Shown piece by piece: positions 49,743 through 60,344 of a stretch of 64,000 nt of DNA (within the stretch, counting starts at the first letter, position 1; the number at the start of each line of letters is the position of its first letter). The stretch is taken from the NCBI GenBank assembly GCA_048886685.1, contig JBHLKM010000001.1, forward strand, positions 358,623 through 422,622. The letters are read 5' to 3'. A program made the position numbers and the translations under genes. The DNA comes from Candidatus Hodarchaeota archaeon. Its GTDB lineage: Archaea; Asgardarchaeota; Lokiarchaeia; Sigyniarchaeales; SOKP01. The notes under the pieces were generated by a model. That model ran no database searches. It was given only the letters and a program-made list of their open reading frames with translations, and had not been told where the DNA came from.

Positions 49743-50165
49743 ATGACTAGTCTTATAGAAAAGGCGCTTCTTTTAGGTTTTAGTATCTTTTTATTAACAA
49801 TTTTTTCTTCTATTTTAATTCCTTTTCTTAATGAAATGACAAATTTTAACAAGAGAGGGAATAATGACTTAGACAGTTATACGGTTCTTTTTTATGAGAT
49901 TGATTCAGCAGTTATTTATGTTATTAAGAATCCAGAAGAATTTTACCAAAAAGAGATTAAATACCCAAGCGATCTTAATATTACATTCATTGAAAACTTC
50001 ATTATTTATGAGTTTAAATTAGGAGATGATAAATTTAGTAAGGTTTTAATTCATAACACCAGTTTTCTTAATTGCTTCTTTTATAACATGACTCCACAGA
50101 TATATCTCCTCAATGTTTCTTATGCTTTTTCCTATATAATAGTTGATTTTATTAATTTACATTAG
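49743..50165 (+). CDS. pilin-like protein
   Basis: MTSLIEKALLLGFSIFLLTIF N-terminal hydrophobic helix with Glu; between ATPase and TadC-like genes. Confidence 0.55.
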   Translation: MTSLIEKALLLGFSIFLLTIFSSILIPFLNEMTNFNKRGNNDLDSYTVLFYEIDSAVIYVIKNPEEFYQKEIKYPSDLNITFIENFIIYEFKLGDDKFSKVLIHNTSFLNCFFYNMTPQIYLLNVSYAFSYIIVDFINLH

Positions 50166-50170
50166 ATTTT

Positions 50171-51703
50171 TTGGATTTTATGAAAGATATCAAAAATTAT
50201 ATTGAATTTTGCAGAAAATTTCAAAGTTATAGAATCCCAAAACTGAGATTTAAAGAATTAAATGAGAGATATCAATATCTATATAGAACAAAATATAATA
50301 TTAGCGATGTGGATATCGATAAAGCGAGTTTTATAATTTTTTTATCATGTAATTTTATTTCTATATCTCTTTCATTACTCTTTACTTCTTTTAATTTATT
50401 AATCATTATTCTATATTCAATAATTCTATCACTAATTATTTCGTATAAATTTAATTCAGTTCTTTATAAGCATATTTATAAGAACGAATCACAGTTAAAT
50501 TCACTTCTTTATGTAATTAGAATTGATTTTTCATTAATTCAAAAAACCACTGATTCCAATTCTGATAAATGTTTAAATTTTATTGAATTGATTAAGGAAT
50601 ATAATATTCCCGGATTAGCTTATTCTAAAACTATTTTTAAAAGAATTCACGAAGGAAAATCACCTGAAAAAGAATTAACTGAATTTAAAACCCCATCAAT
50701 GGATTTTAATAATTATATTAAATCATTAATTATAAATAAATTCGAAAGCTATGATTTCGACAATTTTACTGAAAGTTCATTAGAAAACCAATTTAAAATC
50801 TATCTAAGACAAATTCAATCAAAGATTAGTATTCTGTTCTTTATAGGACTGTTTTTTCCAATAGGTTTATGCTTTCTAATTTTATTTCAATTAATTAATG
50901 TAGTTTTCCTAATCTTTTTTCTCCCTCTTTTCTTAATTTCTTTAAACCTAATATTTAAGAGGTTTATGAGAAACCAAAGTTACTTAATAGGTTTAATTAA
51001 TGACTATTCTGGTCCAGAAAGAAAAAAGTTTAAAGAATTTATATTGCTTTTACAGATTTTTGCAAGCAATTTGAAAAGTAATATATCTCCCGAAGTTGCA
51101 TTTTTAAAATCCTATAACCAGAACAAAAATTTATTTAATATATTAAAAAAAAGTTTAAAGAATCAAATATCTTGTCTTCTGAATTTTTCCTATTCGATTA
51201 GTGAGATATTAGAAATTTTAAAATCAGAATTAAAATCTTGGCGTTATACATTAATTTTAGACGCAATAAATAAGTACGTTGAGAAAAGTGCTTATTATTC
51301 TTCTAGTAAAATATTTGAAATTCTAGCTACGATTTATAAACATCAAAAGCTTGAGAAAAAATTAGAAATTATGATGAAAGGGGAAAAATTTAAGATTTTT
51401 TTCTTCATTTTTCTTCTACCAGTAATTACTGGTGCTATATCTGGATTTTTCCCTTTTTTCACTATCGTTATTAAGAATCTTGAATTAGTTGGCAATGTTG
51501 TTAATATTTTCTTTAAAAATCCAATTAATCTATTCTCTATAGGGATCATTATCTTAGTATTGGTCTCAACTATCTCGATTACATCTAATTATTTCTTAAG
51601 AATTATATATTATGAAAAAAAGTTACTAATTATTTTTTGTTCAAATATAATATTTATATTAACTTTTCTAATTTCATTTATTAATATCGGAAATTTTATT
51701 TAA
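50171..51703 (+). CDS. TadB/TadC (T2SS F-like) pilus platform membrane protein
   Basis: Two repeats with RIHEGKSPEK and NLKSNISPE motifs each followed by TM helices; operon with ATPase. Confidence 0.65.
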   Translation: MDFMKDIKNYIEFCRKFQSYRIPKLRFKELNERYQYLYRTKYNISDVDIDKASFIIFLSCNFISISLSLLFTSFNLLIIILYSIILSLIISYKFNSVLYKHIYKNESQLNSLLYVIRIDFSLIQKTTDSNSDKCLNFIELIKEYNIPGLAYSKTIFKRIHEGKSPEKELTEFKTPSMDFNNYIKSLIINKFESYDFDNFTESSLENQFKIYLRQIQSKISILFFIGLFFPIGLCFLILFQLINVVFLIFFLPLFLISLNLIFKRFMRNQSYLIGLINDYSGPERKKFKEFILLLQIFASNLKSNISPEVAFLKSYNQNKNLFNILKKSLKNQISCLLNFSYSISEILEILKSELKSWRYTLILDAINKYVEKSAYYSSSKIFEILATIYKHQKLEKKLEIMMKGEKFKIFFFIFLLPVITGAISGFFPFFTIVIKNLELVGNVVNIFFKNPINLFSIGIIILVLVSTISITSNYFLRIIYYEKKLLIIFCSNIIFILTFLISFINIGNFI

Positions 51704-51730
51704 ATAAATAAAAGACTCGTTTGGTTAAGG

Positions 51731-52030
51731 TTAACAATAAATAAAAAGATATATTAATTCCACGAATAAGGATATACCTATAAAAATGTTAAGGACCCAA
51801 GAATAAGAAATAATCAAATTATAAAACGGAGAATCTTCTAGATTATTTATTAACGTTATTAACTCTAATTTTTCTATCATTAAATGGAAAGGTATTATTA
51901 AAATTAAAAACATTAGAAAACCTAATGAAGTTATAAGAATGTCGGTTGAAATAACGGAGAATATAAAAATGAATATGTTTATCGTTAAGATAATACAAAT
52001 TTCTACAATTAGAATGTTTAATTGCAGCAT
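51731..52030 (-). CDS. small membrane protein
   Basis: Highly hydrophobic 99-aa ORF. Confidence 0.45.
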   Translation of the reverse strand: MLQLNILIVEICIILTINIFIFIFSVISTDILITSLGFLMFLILIIPFHLMIEKLELITLINNLEDSPFYNLIISYSWVLNIFIGISLFVELIYLFIYC

Positions 52031-52226
52031 TCATTAAAAATCTTCATTATCAACTATTTAAAGTCAACATCTTATTAGATAGGCGGAGGTAAACATAATT
52101 TTACAATATTATCAGGGTTTTAGATTTATCTAAAAATTAATATTAGGTCGTCATTTTCGTGTCATAAGTTTTAGTGAATATTCTTTATTAGAAAATGTTA
52201 TATAATAAAAAAAGCTGATAGTAATT

Positions 52227-52718
52227 ATGAAGAACTTAAAATTAAAAGGGTTAAAATTTAATAAAGGCAAATATCAGCTATATAATGATCGGTTTGCTTT
52301 TTTCCCTCCGCATATTATTGATATTTTAGCATCTATTTATGGAGAAGGTGTAAAATCGTTATTAGTTTGGCTAGGTAAAAAAACAGGATGGAAAATGATT
52401 CAAAATTGGGAAGAAAACTTAAAACCAAAATCTTTGGATGATTTAGTGAATCAGTTTACTTATATTATAAGTAACCACGGTTGGGGAAGGTTCGTTCCTA
52501 AAACTATATCCGAAGATTTAATAATAATTGATTTATATAATAATATTTCATCAGAATTAGAAAATAAATCAAGATATTTCTGTTATTTTATTACAGGATT
52601 ATTAAGCGGTTTTGGAGAATTTGCTCTATATAGAGTAAATGTGATAGAAACACAGTGTTGTCTTGAAGATTTAAATCAAAATTATTGTCAATTTAGAATT
52701 AAAGTAAAAAACAAATGA
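52227..52718 (+). CDS. V4R/Bet3(TRAPP)-like domain protein
   Basis: HGWGRF, CYFITGLLSG, ETQC...YCQF. Confidence 0.85.
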   Translation: MKNLKLKGLKFNKGKYQLYNDRFAFFPPHIIDILASIYGEGVKSLLVWLGKKTGWKMIQNWEENLKPKSLDDLVNQFTYIISNHGWGRFVPKTISEDLIIIDLYNNISSELENKSRYFCYFITGLLSGFGEFALYRVNVIETQCCLEDLNQNYCQFRIKVKNK

Positions 52719-52724
52719 GATTTC

Positions 52725-53132
52725 TTACCAAGGGTCCCATTCTTCAGGATTCAACTCATTCTTATCATTTTCTTCGAAATTTTTATCTGAAGAGTCAAGA
52801 TTAATAGGATATATATCCTCATTAATATTAGAAAGGTGGTTCAATTCTTGGGGTTTTGGTTCAATTAATACAGGTTCTTCATCAATTAAACCTGTTTCTT
52901 CTCCAATTACGACGTCTTTAAAAGCAGATATTAAGGAGAGAAAATTGAAAAATTCTTCTCTATTCATTTCGACTTTAATTGATTTTTCATCTTTTATAAG
53001 AGCTAGTTTAATAATCCGAACTTCGCCACTAATTTCTACAGAAGTTATTTCAATATTTTCATTTCTATTTTTTAACTGAATCCTCCATGAAGTTTCTCTT
53101 GTTTTTTCAATTTCCATAATTATTTTCTCCAC
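52725..53132 (-). CDS. hypothetical protein with acidic tail ending EEWDPW
   Basis: 135-aa ORF. Confidence 0.6.
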   Translation of the reverse strand: MEKIIMEIEKTRETSWRIQLKNRNENIEITSVEISGEVRIIKLALIKDEKSIKVEMNREEFFNFLSLISAFKDVVIGEETGLIDEEPVLIEPKPQELNHLSNINEDIYPINLDSSDKNFEENDKNELNPEEWDPW

Positions 53133-53202
53133 ATTGCAAATTTATTAAAGAACATTATTCTAGTAAAAATCATTAAATTTAAAATTAATTCGAAATAATT
53201 TG

Positions 53203-53871
53203 TTAAACTCCAAGATTTATATTGAAAATGGAATAATATGTAAGGATGATGGTTATTATTAAAGGGGGTCGAATTTGACATAAAGTTTGAAATTTGTTTT
53301 TTTTAATATTATAGATTAAACTTAATGATTTAATTAGATATTTTCCCTCAACATAATCACCAATTTCTGAATAATTAAAAAATTTATAAAACATTTTTAT
53401 AAATTCTCTCTTAAAAATTGAGATTTCTGAATTAGTATTAAAGAAAAGTAAAAAAGAATAAGTATTTTTTAATAGGTTATTATTAAGCCAGTTAACTATG
53501 AAATATATTACGAAAAATAACGAAAATACTAAATAAAAAGTAAATATAATAGCGAAATTTAGAAAAAGAATGGGATGGACGATAAAAATAATAATAAACA
53601 ATTTACCATCACTACCACCAATAATCTTTAAAGAAAAGAGGATAAGGGACAAAACTAATATAATTAATATTATAAATACTTTCATAAAAAGAAAAAAAGC
53701 AAGTTTCTCAAAAAACAATGAATACTCAATAATATTTAACACAACAACGATTACATAACTTAATTTAAAGAAATTTTTTGGAACTTTTCTAAAATTTAAA
53801 TCAAAATATAGAAAAACAAGAAAGAACCCATTTAAGAATATAAAACTGATAAATAGAGACAAATTAGTCAT
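53203..53871 (-). CDS. A24 prepilin/preflagellin peptidase (FlaK/TadV-like)
   Basis: YFDLNFRKVP (first Asp) and IIGGSDGKL (GxxD second Asp), multi-TM. Confidence 0.8.
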   Translation of the reverse strand: MTNLSLFISFIFLNGFFLVFLYFDLNFRKVPKNFFKLSYVIVVVLNIIEYSLFFEKLAFFLFMKVFIILIILVLSLILFSLKIIGGSDGKLFIIIFIVHPILFLNFAIIFTFYLVFSLFFVIYFIVNWLNNNLLKNTYSFLLFFNTNSEISIFKREFIKMFYKFFNYSEIGDYVEGKYLIKSLSLIYNIKKNKFQTLCQIRPPLIITIILTYYSIFNINLGV

Positions 53872-53872
53872 A

Positions 53873-54172
53873 TCAATGAAAATCTCCTTCCCAGATCTCT
53901 ATGAATTTCTTTAAACTGCGTGCTTTTATATTTTCTATTTTATATCTAAAAATTTTAATCCTTCCAAACCTTTTTTCTTGTATTAAATCAAGATTTTTAA
54001 GGTGATTTAGATGTTTTACAACATTAGAATAATTTAATCTAGTATGATTAATAATCAACGAAATAGTTAATTCTTCATTCTTAGCTAAGGTTTTTAGGAT
54101 TTTAACTCTAGCTTTTGAACCAAATAGATCTTCGATTAAAAACTTTTCTTTAGAAATAATCATGTTATACAT
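53873..54172 (-). CDS. ArsR-like winged-helix protein
   Basis: LFGSKARVKIL, HLNHL, GRIKIF; overlaps cdc6 stop. Confidence 0.8.
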   Translation of the reverse strand: MYNMIISKEKFLIEDLFGSKARVKILKTLAKNEELTISLIINHTRLNYSNVVKHLNHLKNLDLIQEKRFGRIKIFRYKIENIKARSLKKFIEIWEGDFH

Positions 54173-55364
54173 TTAGCCCTTTCGATTTAAGTATCTCAAT
54201 AATGATGTTTTCTAATTTTGATAGGTTTATTTCAGGTATCTGAATTAACGCTTTTCTGCCTTTTATTTTCTCACTTAAGACTTTAATTACGATTATATTT
54301 TCTCTTTTAAACTCTTGAAGATAATTCCATAGTTGAGAATTAGATCTGGAAGGCAATCCTACATTTTCACATATAATTTGATATATTTTTAAAATATCCA
54401 AAAATGAGATTTCTGTATCATAAGATTTCCTCAAACCTTTTACAATAGAAAGCAAGAGAAATAGTTTCTGTGAAGAAATATACTTTAAAATATCTAAAGT
54501 TGAAAATGGTACCATTTCTTGACTTCCAAGCCTAATACACTCAGGATTTATAAATTTTAAATTCTTTCCTTCAGCAATCTTAGCAGATTTCCATAAAACA
54601 TTTAACCCATTGCGAATATCTCCATTAATATACGTTGAATCAGCAATCATTTCAATTAGATCATCAGCTATAACATTCTCTTTTAAGCTAAGCTGTACTC
54701 TATATTTTAAGATGTCAAATATCTGTTTTTTAGTATAATTATTGAATTTAATAATATTCCTTTGTAAGGTACTCACAGTACTGTAGTCTAAGTTATTTAA
54801 ACATGAAAGATCTCTTACAATCCCGATAATTGAGATTCTTTCTTGAACATTTACGGAGTCATCGTTAATTCGAGTTAAGGAATAAATCAGATCTTCTCCC
54901 TTATTTATAAGATAGCTTAATTCATCCAAAACAATCAAAATGTGTGTATCTTGTTGATTCAAGTAATCAATGAGGATCTCTAGTAAATCTTGAGGAGAAT
55001 ATCCTCTTTTTGGAAAGTTCTTATTTATTAGTTGAATAATTCTAATTAGGACCTTATAACTAGTCCGTTCTTTTCGGCAATTAACATGTACGTATTTAAT
55101 GGCTACGCTTCTTTCATTTGACGCTTTTTTAAGAATTTCCCCAAAATATTTTACTGTAACTGTTTTACCAATCCCCGTTTTTCCAGTTATTAGGATTTTT
55201 CTAGAAATTGAATTCGGCTCCGTTATTAGTGCTAAAAATAGTTGGGATAATAAGGATAATTCTTTATCTCGGTGTGGTAATTTATTCGGAACGAAATTCA
55301 TATCAAGTTTGCGTTCATCTTGAAATAATGATGGTTTTTTAAGTAATTCTTCAAAATATTCCAT
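54165..55364 (-). CDS. cdc6: Cdc6/Orc1 replication initiator
   Basis: FVPNKLPHRDKEL, GKTGIGKT, HVNCR, IVLDE, GDIRNGL. Confidence 0.95.
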   Translation of the reverse strand: MEYFEELLKKPSLFQDERKLDMNFVPNKLPHRDKELSLLSQLFLALITEPNSISRKILITGKTGIGKTVTVKYFGEILKKASNERSVAIKYVHVNCRKERTSYKVLIRIIQLINKNFPKRGYSPQDLLEILIDYLNQQDTHILIVLDELSYLINKGEDLIYSLTRINDDSVNVQERISIIGIVRDLSCLNNLDYSTVSTLQRNIIKFNNYTKKQIFDILKYRVQLSLKENVIADDLIEMIADSTYINGDIRNGLNVLWKSAKIAEGKNLKFINPECIRLGSQEMVPFSTLDILKYISSQKLFLLLSIVKGLRKSYDTEISFLDILKIYQIICENVGLPSRSNSQLWNYLQEFKRENIIVIKVLSEKIKGRKALIQIPEINLSKLENIIIEILKSKGLNV

Positions 55365-55630
55365 GGTAACACAGATTATAAAATAAGAATTTATTATAAA
55401 TTTAAAAAAAGATCCCTTTTAAGAAAATACAGAGTCTTAATTTTTTTATTATAGAACCAAGAGAGATTAAATGGATTTTTGAATATTAAATAGGCGTTGA
55501 TTTGATTGTTCATTAGATTTACTCAAAAAAAGAAGATAAGAATAGAAATAATTTTTATCAGCTTGAAGATAATTGGCAAGAAATATTACTGCATTTAAGT
55601 AAATTATATTTAAGTACTTTCTTTAAGAAT

Positions 55631-56842
55631 TTAATATCTAATTGTTATCTCAGTTAACAATTTTTTCCTTCCCTTCTTAAATCTATATAACAAAGGAAAT
55701 AAAATTAGTAATGAGCTTATTGATAAAATAGTAAACAAAATAACATTTGAATTTAGTATATTATTTCTTTTAGAGTTACTTATATTTATGTTTAAAGAGA
55801 TTGTTTTATTTTCCATATAAACAGTTCCATTATATACAAGAGTTAATTTCAAATTTTCAATTTTACTGGTAAAATTCAACAGTTCATAAGGTATTATTAC
55901 CAATAAAACACCATAATTATCGGTTTTAAATATCTGGGTGAAAATTAAGCTTTGATTCCACAAAATCTCTACTTCAATATTCTGATTATCAAGTGGTATT
56001 ATTGAATCATTTAAAAAATAATAATATATTAGGTGAATTATTATATCTTCCTTTTTTGTTAGATTTTCATCATAATCAATTATATCAACAAATATGGGAT
56101 TTTTGTCAAGAAATATCTCATATTGAAATATTGAATCATTATAAACTTTGTTTTGTAAAAATATAAATGTTAATTTATTCAAACCTATATTTAAATGAAC
56201 CATTGATGAAATAGACACTTCAATAATTCCTAAGTGATTAGTAGTGAAATTTTTTTCGAATATTATTGAGTTATTTACGCTAATCATGAATAAAATCAAT
56301 TGGTTACATAAAAAAGGATTATTTTCAATAATATCATCATAAAAATGTGCCATGAACGTTAAGTCTTCACCATAATTTATACGATCTCTAAATCCATATA
56401 ATTCACATAATGGAATTCGCTTAAATATTATAATTTCCTTAGTTTCTCTGGGAATTGGCTCAATTGATCCGTCTCCATCCCAAAAATAATGAAAAAATCT
56501 TATAAAAACAGTATTTGAGTAATTTAACAACATGGTTTTTAAGCTAGTAATATTTACAATCCATCCTTCAGTAAATTGGCCAATATTATCATATTCTGAA
56601 GAATTCCAAATAATATTGTCTAAAGAATCGTAAATATGTATTTGAATATAACCATACTCGTTAGAAGGATTGTAATTTAATTCCCATGATGCATTTATCC
56701 TTATTTCCTCGTTTGTGTAATAAAAATCTTTATCAACTTCAAAAGAGAGTATGTTACAATAAAAAGCTAAGGTATCCTTTGAAACAAAAGGAATTTCAAC
56801 AAGAAAAACTAAAATAATTAAAAGTACTTTTTTTTTTTTCAC
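55631..56842 (-). CDS. secreted beta-rich, C-terminally anchored surface protein
   Basis: Signal peptide, TTNHLG/KTDNYG Ig-like repeats, many N-x-S/T sequons, C-terminal TM. Confidence 0.65.
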   Translation of the reverse strand: MKKKKVLLIILVFLVEIPFVSKDTLAFYCNILSFEVDKDFYYTNEEIRINASWELNYNPSNEYGYIQIHIYDSLDNIIWNSSEYDNIGQFTEGWIVNITSLKTMLLNYSNTVFIRFFHYFWDGDGSIEPIPRETKEIIIFKRIPLCELYGFRDRINYGEDLTFMAHFYDDIIENNPFLCNQLILFMISVNNSIIFEKNFTTNHLGIIEVSISSMVHLNIGLNKLTFIFLQNKVYNDSIFQYEIFLDKNPIFVDIIDYDENLTKKEDIIIHLIYYYFLNDSIIPLDNQNIEVEILWNQSLIFTQIFKTDNYGVLLVIIPYELLNFTSKIENLKLTLVYNGTVYMENKTISLNINISNSKRNNILNSNVILFTILSISSLLILFPLLYRFKKGRKKLLTEITIRY

Positions 56843-56949
56843 ATCATAAAACTCTATGTTAAAGTATAAAAACCAAGATAATTACAAAAAAATTTATTTT
56901 ACCGATTATTTTATTTCAAAAGTATCAATGCTTAGAGTAAGTTATTAAT

Positions 56950-57144
56950 ATGGGAAAAGTAAGAACTATTTTAATTAAAAATGTGTCTAAAGAATTAATT
57001 AATAAATATCCAAATGTATTTACTACCAATTTTGAACAAAATAAAAAACTTTTGGATAAATATCTTGAAGTAGATTCAAAGCATTTAAGAAATCGTATTT
57101 CAGGGTATATAGTAAATTTATTAAAAATAAGAAATCGAGAATAA
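56950..57144 (+). CDS. rps17e: 30S ribosomal protein S17e
   Basis: MGKVRT, F.TNFEQNK, SKHLRNRISGY. Confidence 0.97.
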   Translation: MGKVRTILIKNVSKELINKYPNVFTTNFEQNKKLLDKYLEVDSKHLRNRISGYIVNLLKIRNRE

Positions 57145-57231
57145 TTTCTAATATAATAAAGTAATTATAGAGAATTATTTTATATTAATTACTAATGAAA
57201 AGGGATTGAAATTAACGACGATATTAAGAAA

Positions 57232-57591
57232 ATGGCAGATCTCCTTAGATCTGGTCATACTATGCTAAATATTGCTTGTCCTATTTGTAATAATCCAGTA
57301 TTTAGGAATAAAGAAGGGGATAAATTTTGTCCAAGTTGTAATAGGAAAGTGGTAGTTATTAATGATAAGATCACCCAAAATTTAGAGAAGAAAGAAGCAA
57401 TTTCTGAAAATAATCGAATTAGTGAAGTAATAACAAATAAAGACGTTTTAAAATCATTAAATGAAGTCATTCTCAATAAAATGCAATGGATAACAGAAAA
57501 ATTAAAATCGGAGACCCAACTTGAAATAATAAAAAATTATACTGATATATTATCAAGACTTTATGATCTCTTAAATAAAATTACATTATAA
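57232..57591 (+). CDS. autoantigen-p27 (SSSCA1)-like zinc-ribbon protein
   Basis: MADLLRSGHTML...CPIC...FCPSC. Confidence 0.85.
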   Translation: MADLLRSGHTMLNIACPICNNPVFRNKEGDKFCPSCNRKVVVINDKITQNLEKKEAISENNRISEVITNKDVLKSLNEVILNKMQWITEKLKSETQLEIIKNYTDILSRLYDLLNKITL

Positions 57592-57698
57592 ATTAATACC
57601 AATAAAAATTTAGATCATTTACGGTTGATTATTACATAAATATACAAATATTTGATAAAAAATAAATAAATTAATTAATACAATAAAAAAAGTATAAG

Positions 57699-57811
57699 TG
57701 CTTCTGCCGGGATTTGAACCCGGGTCCCGAGGGTGAGAGCCTCAGATGCTTGATCTTAATCCTATCATAATATAAGCAGGATATAAATTGACCGGTCTAC
57801 ACTACAGAAGC
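57699..57811 (-). tRNA. tRNA-Glu(CTC) with 38-nt intron at the D-loop/D-stem junction (57750-57787)
   Basis: Acceptor GCTTCTG/CAGAAGC, anticodon arm TGAGG-CTCTCAC-CCTCG, T arm CCGGG-TTCAAAT-CCCGG; BHB GGTC/GATC helix with AA^T and AA^G bulges. Confidence 0.93.
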
Positions 57812-57958
57812 AATTTTTCTATCACTGACTCGTTATTATTCTAACTTTTATAAATTCAGATTATTTAAAAAATTTAATTTAATTAGATGAAATAGAATGA
57901 TAGTTATTAATAGAACACTTCAATCTCACCTAAAATTTGTTCCAAAGAATCAATGATA

Positions 57959-58984
57959 TTAACTGTTTATGAAAAAAGGCTTTAAAAGATTAACATAATG
58001 ATCTCTTATAGAATATTCAGCAATATTAGTTGCCTCAGAAATCATTTTCTGTGTTAAAACCGCTTTTTGTTTATATTCTTTTGCTAATAACTTATCTGCC
58101 AAATAAATTATAGCACCAGTCAAAATAAAAGGATTTCTACCCCCACGCTGCCATATTGGTAATTCTTTTAAAATTCTACGACATTTTTTAAGCAATTTGT
58201 TTTGAAATTCATTTTTTGACCAAAGAACTCCCTTTTTTTCTAATCTTTCTGACAAAAATTTGTGATTTATAACTTGGTTAATTATTCTAATAACATAATC
58301 TTCACTCTTATGAGGCATAGAACCAATGTTTAGATGATGTTTATATCTTATACCATCTCTTAAGATTAACCTAGGATTAACCCGATGCCCAAAATTTTGA
58401 AATGCTTTTGATATTTCGTTTATCGTAATAGGGGCATTATGGTATTCTTTCCTAACAGCATGAAAAATACAAAAAGCAATTAAAGATATGTTATTAATAA
58501 TTTTTTTTTCATTTCTTATTATCTTTTTATAATAATAAGCGGCATTATTACGCAAGTTTTTATTTAGGTTTAAATATAATGAGATTTTATTTAGGATGTT
58601 GAAAATTCTATATTCTGTTTCATGATTTTTAATTCTTAAAAACTGACCATAATTTTTTTTCAGCCTTCTAAATAGTTTTTGTTCATTGGGTGGTAAAGGT
58701 TTCCCTGTTTTATCTTTTAAATATTTAGAGTTTTCATAATCAATAAATGAGCCCAAACCACCAATAAAATCCGTTCTTTCTCCCAATGCTACATATTGCT
58801 TATTTAAATTACTCGTTCCATTTGTGTTATCAAAAATAAATGAAGAAGTTTTAAAAACCCCGCTAATGACTAGACCACACTCATTGCAAATGGTTTCAAA
58901 ACTATTAAAAATAATATTTCCACCACATTCAGGACACTTCTCAACTGATTTTATATTACTTTCTTTTTGACTAATGCTAAACAC
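57959..58984 (-). CDS. divergent TFB/TFIIB paralog
   Basis: CPECGG...CNECG zinc ribbon, two cyclin-fold repeats, GRNPFILTGAIIY, TQKMISEATNIAEYSIR. Confidence 0.8.
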   Translation of the reverse strand: MFSISQKESNIKSVEKCPECGGNIIFNSFETICNECGLVISGVFKTSSFIFDNTNGTSNLNKQYVALGERTDFIGGLGSFIDYENSKYLKDKTGKPLPPNEQKLFRRLKKNYGQFLRIKNHETEYRIFNILNKISLYLNLNKNLRNNAAYYYKKIIRNEKKIINNISLIAFCIFHAVRKEYHNAPITINEISKAFQNFGHRVNPRLILRDGIRYKHHLNIGSMPHKSEDYVIRIINQVINHKFLSERLEKKGVLWSKNEFQNKLLKKCRRILKELPIWQRGGRNPFILTGAIIYLADKLLAKEYKQKAVLTQKMISEATNIAEYSIRDHYVNLLKPFFINS

Positions 58985-59206
58985 TAAAACAATTCAATTT
59001 TAGGTATTATAGTTCTAGTTTAATTTATTTTAACTATGTAGAATGGTAGTAGAGTTGATGTGATTGTTTTTACTTAGTATCGAAATTTCTATCCTTAGAG
59101 AATGAGAGAGAGATGACAAAATGTAAAAAATATGGGATTTAAAATGTCTAATTTAGATTAAAATTAAACAGTTTTATGAAGTTTTAATATTATTCAGGAG
59201 GTTTAA

Positions 59207-59440
59207 ATGAGAACAGATCAAAATTATGAACACATAAAAAATATACCAATTAATAATATTGACGTGTTAAGAGAAATTCAGAGAAAACTAAATGATATTT
59301 TTCAAGGTAAAAGAAAGATCATGTATTCTGATATCATTAATTTAATCATAAGAGAAGGCAAAGTAGGAGAAAATTATAATAATTTAATCTTGTGGTGTAA
59401 TTATAAGATTAGATCAGGAGAAATTTTTGTAGAGATTTAA
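59207..59440 (+). CDS. small hypothetical protein
   Basis: 77 aa, strong GGAGGT SD. Confidence 0.65.
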   Translation: MRTDQNYEHIKNIPINNIDVLREIQRKLNDIFQGKRKIMYSDIINLIIREGKVGENYNNLILWCNYKIRSGEIFVEI

Positions 59441-59657
59441 GTATCAATGTGTAATTGATGCTTCTTACTTATAATTTATTTTGTATAGAAGTTAAAAAAT
59501 ATCAAAAAGGAATTATAAATACTTAATTATAATAGTATTAAATTATTTATTTTAATAATAACTAGAAATTTTTTTCGTTCATCACTAATTTTAAGTTAAA
59601 ATATTCATAGGAACGAATTATTTACTTTATAATTGATTTGTTAAGGTAGAATTTTCT

Positions 59658-60344
59658 ATGGTTCGATTTACAGCAGATCATAAGGTTTATATAAAGATTC
59701 TCTATTGGGGTATGGCAGGATCAGGAAAAACAACAATTGTTGATACATTATATAGATTTACAAAAGAGAACGAAAAAGACATTGCTCCAACCGGTAATTT
59801 AACAAAGATATCTATGGCTAGCGGATCAACCCTCTATTTTGATAGAGGTATTTTTATGTCTACGAAACAAAAAAGCAGAGGGAAGGTTTTTTATCATGTC
59901 TATACTGTTGCTGGACAAAGAAGGTTTTCTCCCTTAAGAAAAAAGATTTTTAAAGGAACAGATGGAGTTATTTTTACTGTTGATTCACAAACTCATTTTT
60001 TTGAGGATAACATCGAATCTTTAAAGGAATTGAAGAATATTACAAGAGGGAAATTAATTAAAGAAATCCCCCTTATAGTTATGTTAAATAAGCAGGATCT
60101 AACAGAAGTTATTGGAGAAGAAGATTTTAAGCAAGTACTAAAAGATGAAAAACTATGGTTTGAACCTGAAGATAAACTTTATAGGTGGAATCCTATAATT
60201 TATCCAACATGCGCATTATATGAAAAAAGAAGTAATGTATATCGTAGTTTCTCTGAATGTGCAAGGAGAACGGGTTTATATCAGATATATGGTGATGGTG
60301 AAGCTCCAATCGGGGATAATTTTAAGGACTTTCGTGAATTTTAA
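59658..60344 (+). CDS. MglA/Arf-like small GTPase
   Basis: G1 GMAGSGKTT, G2 STLYFD, G3 TVAGQ, G4 NKQD. Confidence 0.9.
   Translation: MVRFTADHKVYIKILYWGMAGSGKTTIVDTLYRFTKENEKDIAPTGNLTKISMASGSTLYFDRGIFMSTKQKSRGKVFYHVYTVAGQRRFSPLRKKIFKGTDGVIFTVDSQTHFFEDNIESLKELKNITRGKLIKEIPLIVMLNKQDLTEVIGEEDFKQVLKDEKLWFEPEDKLYRWNPIIYPTCALYEKRSNVYRSFSECARRTGLYQIYGDGEAPIGDNFKDFREF

Noticed and set aside
55365-55630. Expected origin directly upstream of cdc6
   Set aside because: AT-rich, but no convincing ORB core found; the clear ORBs are at 38521-38702
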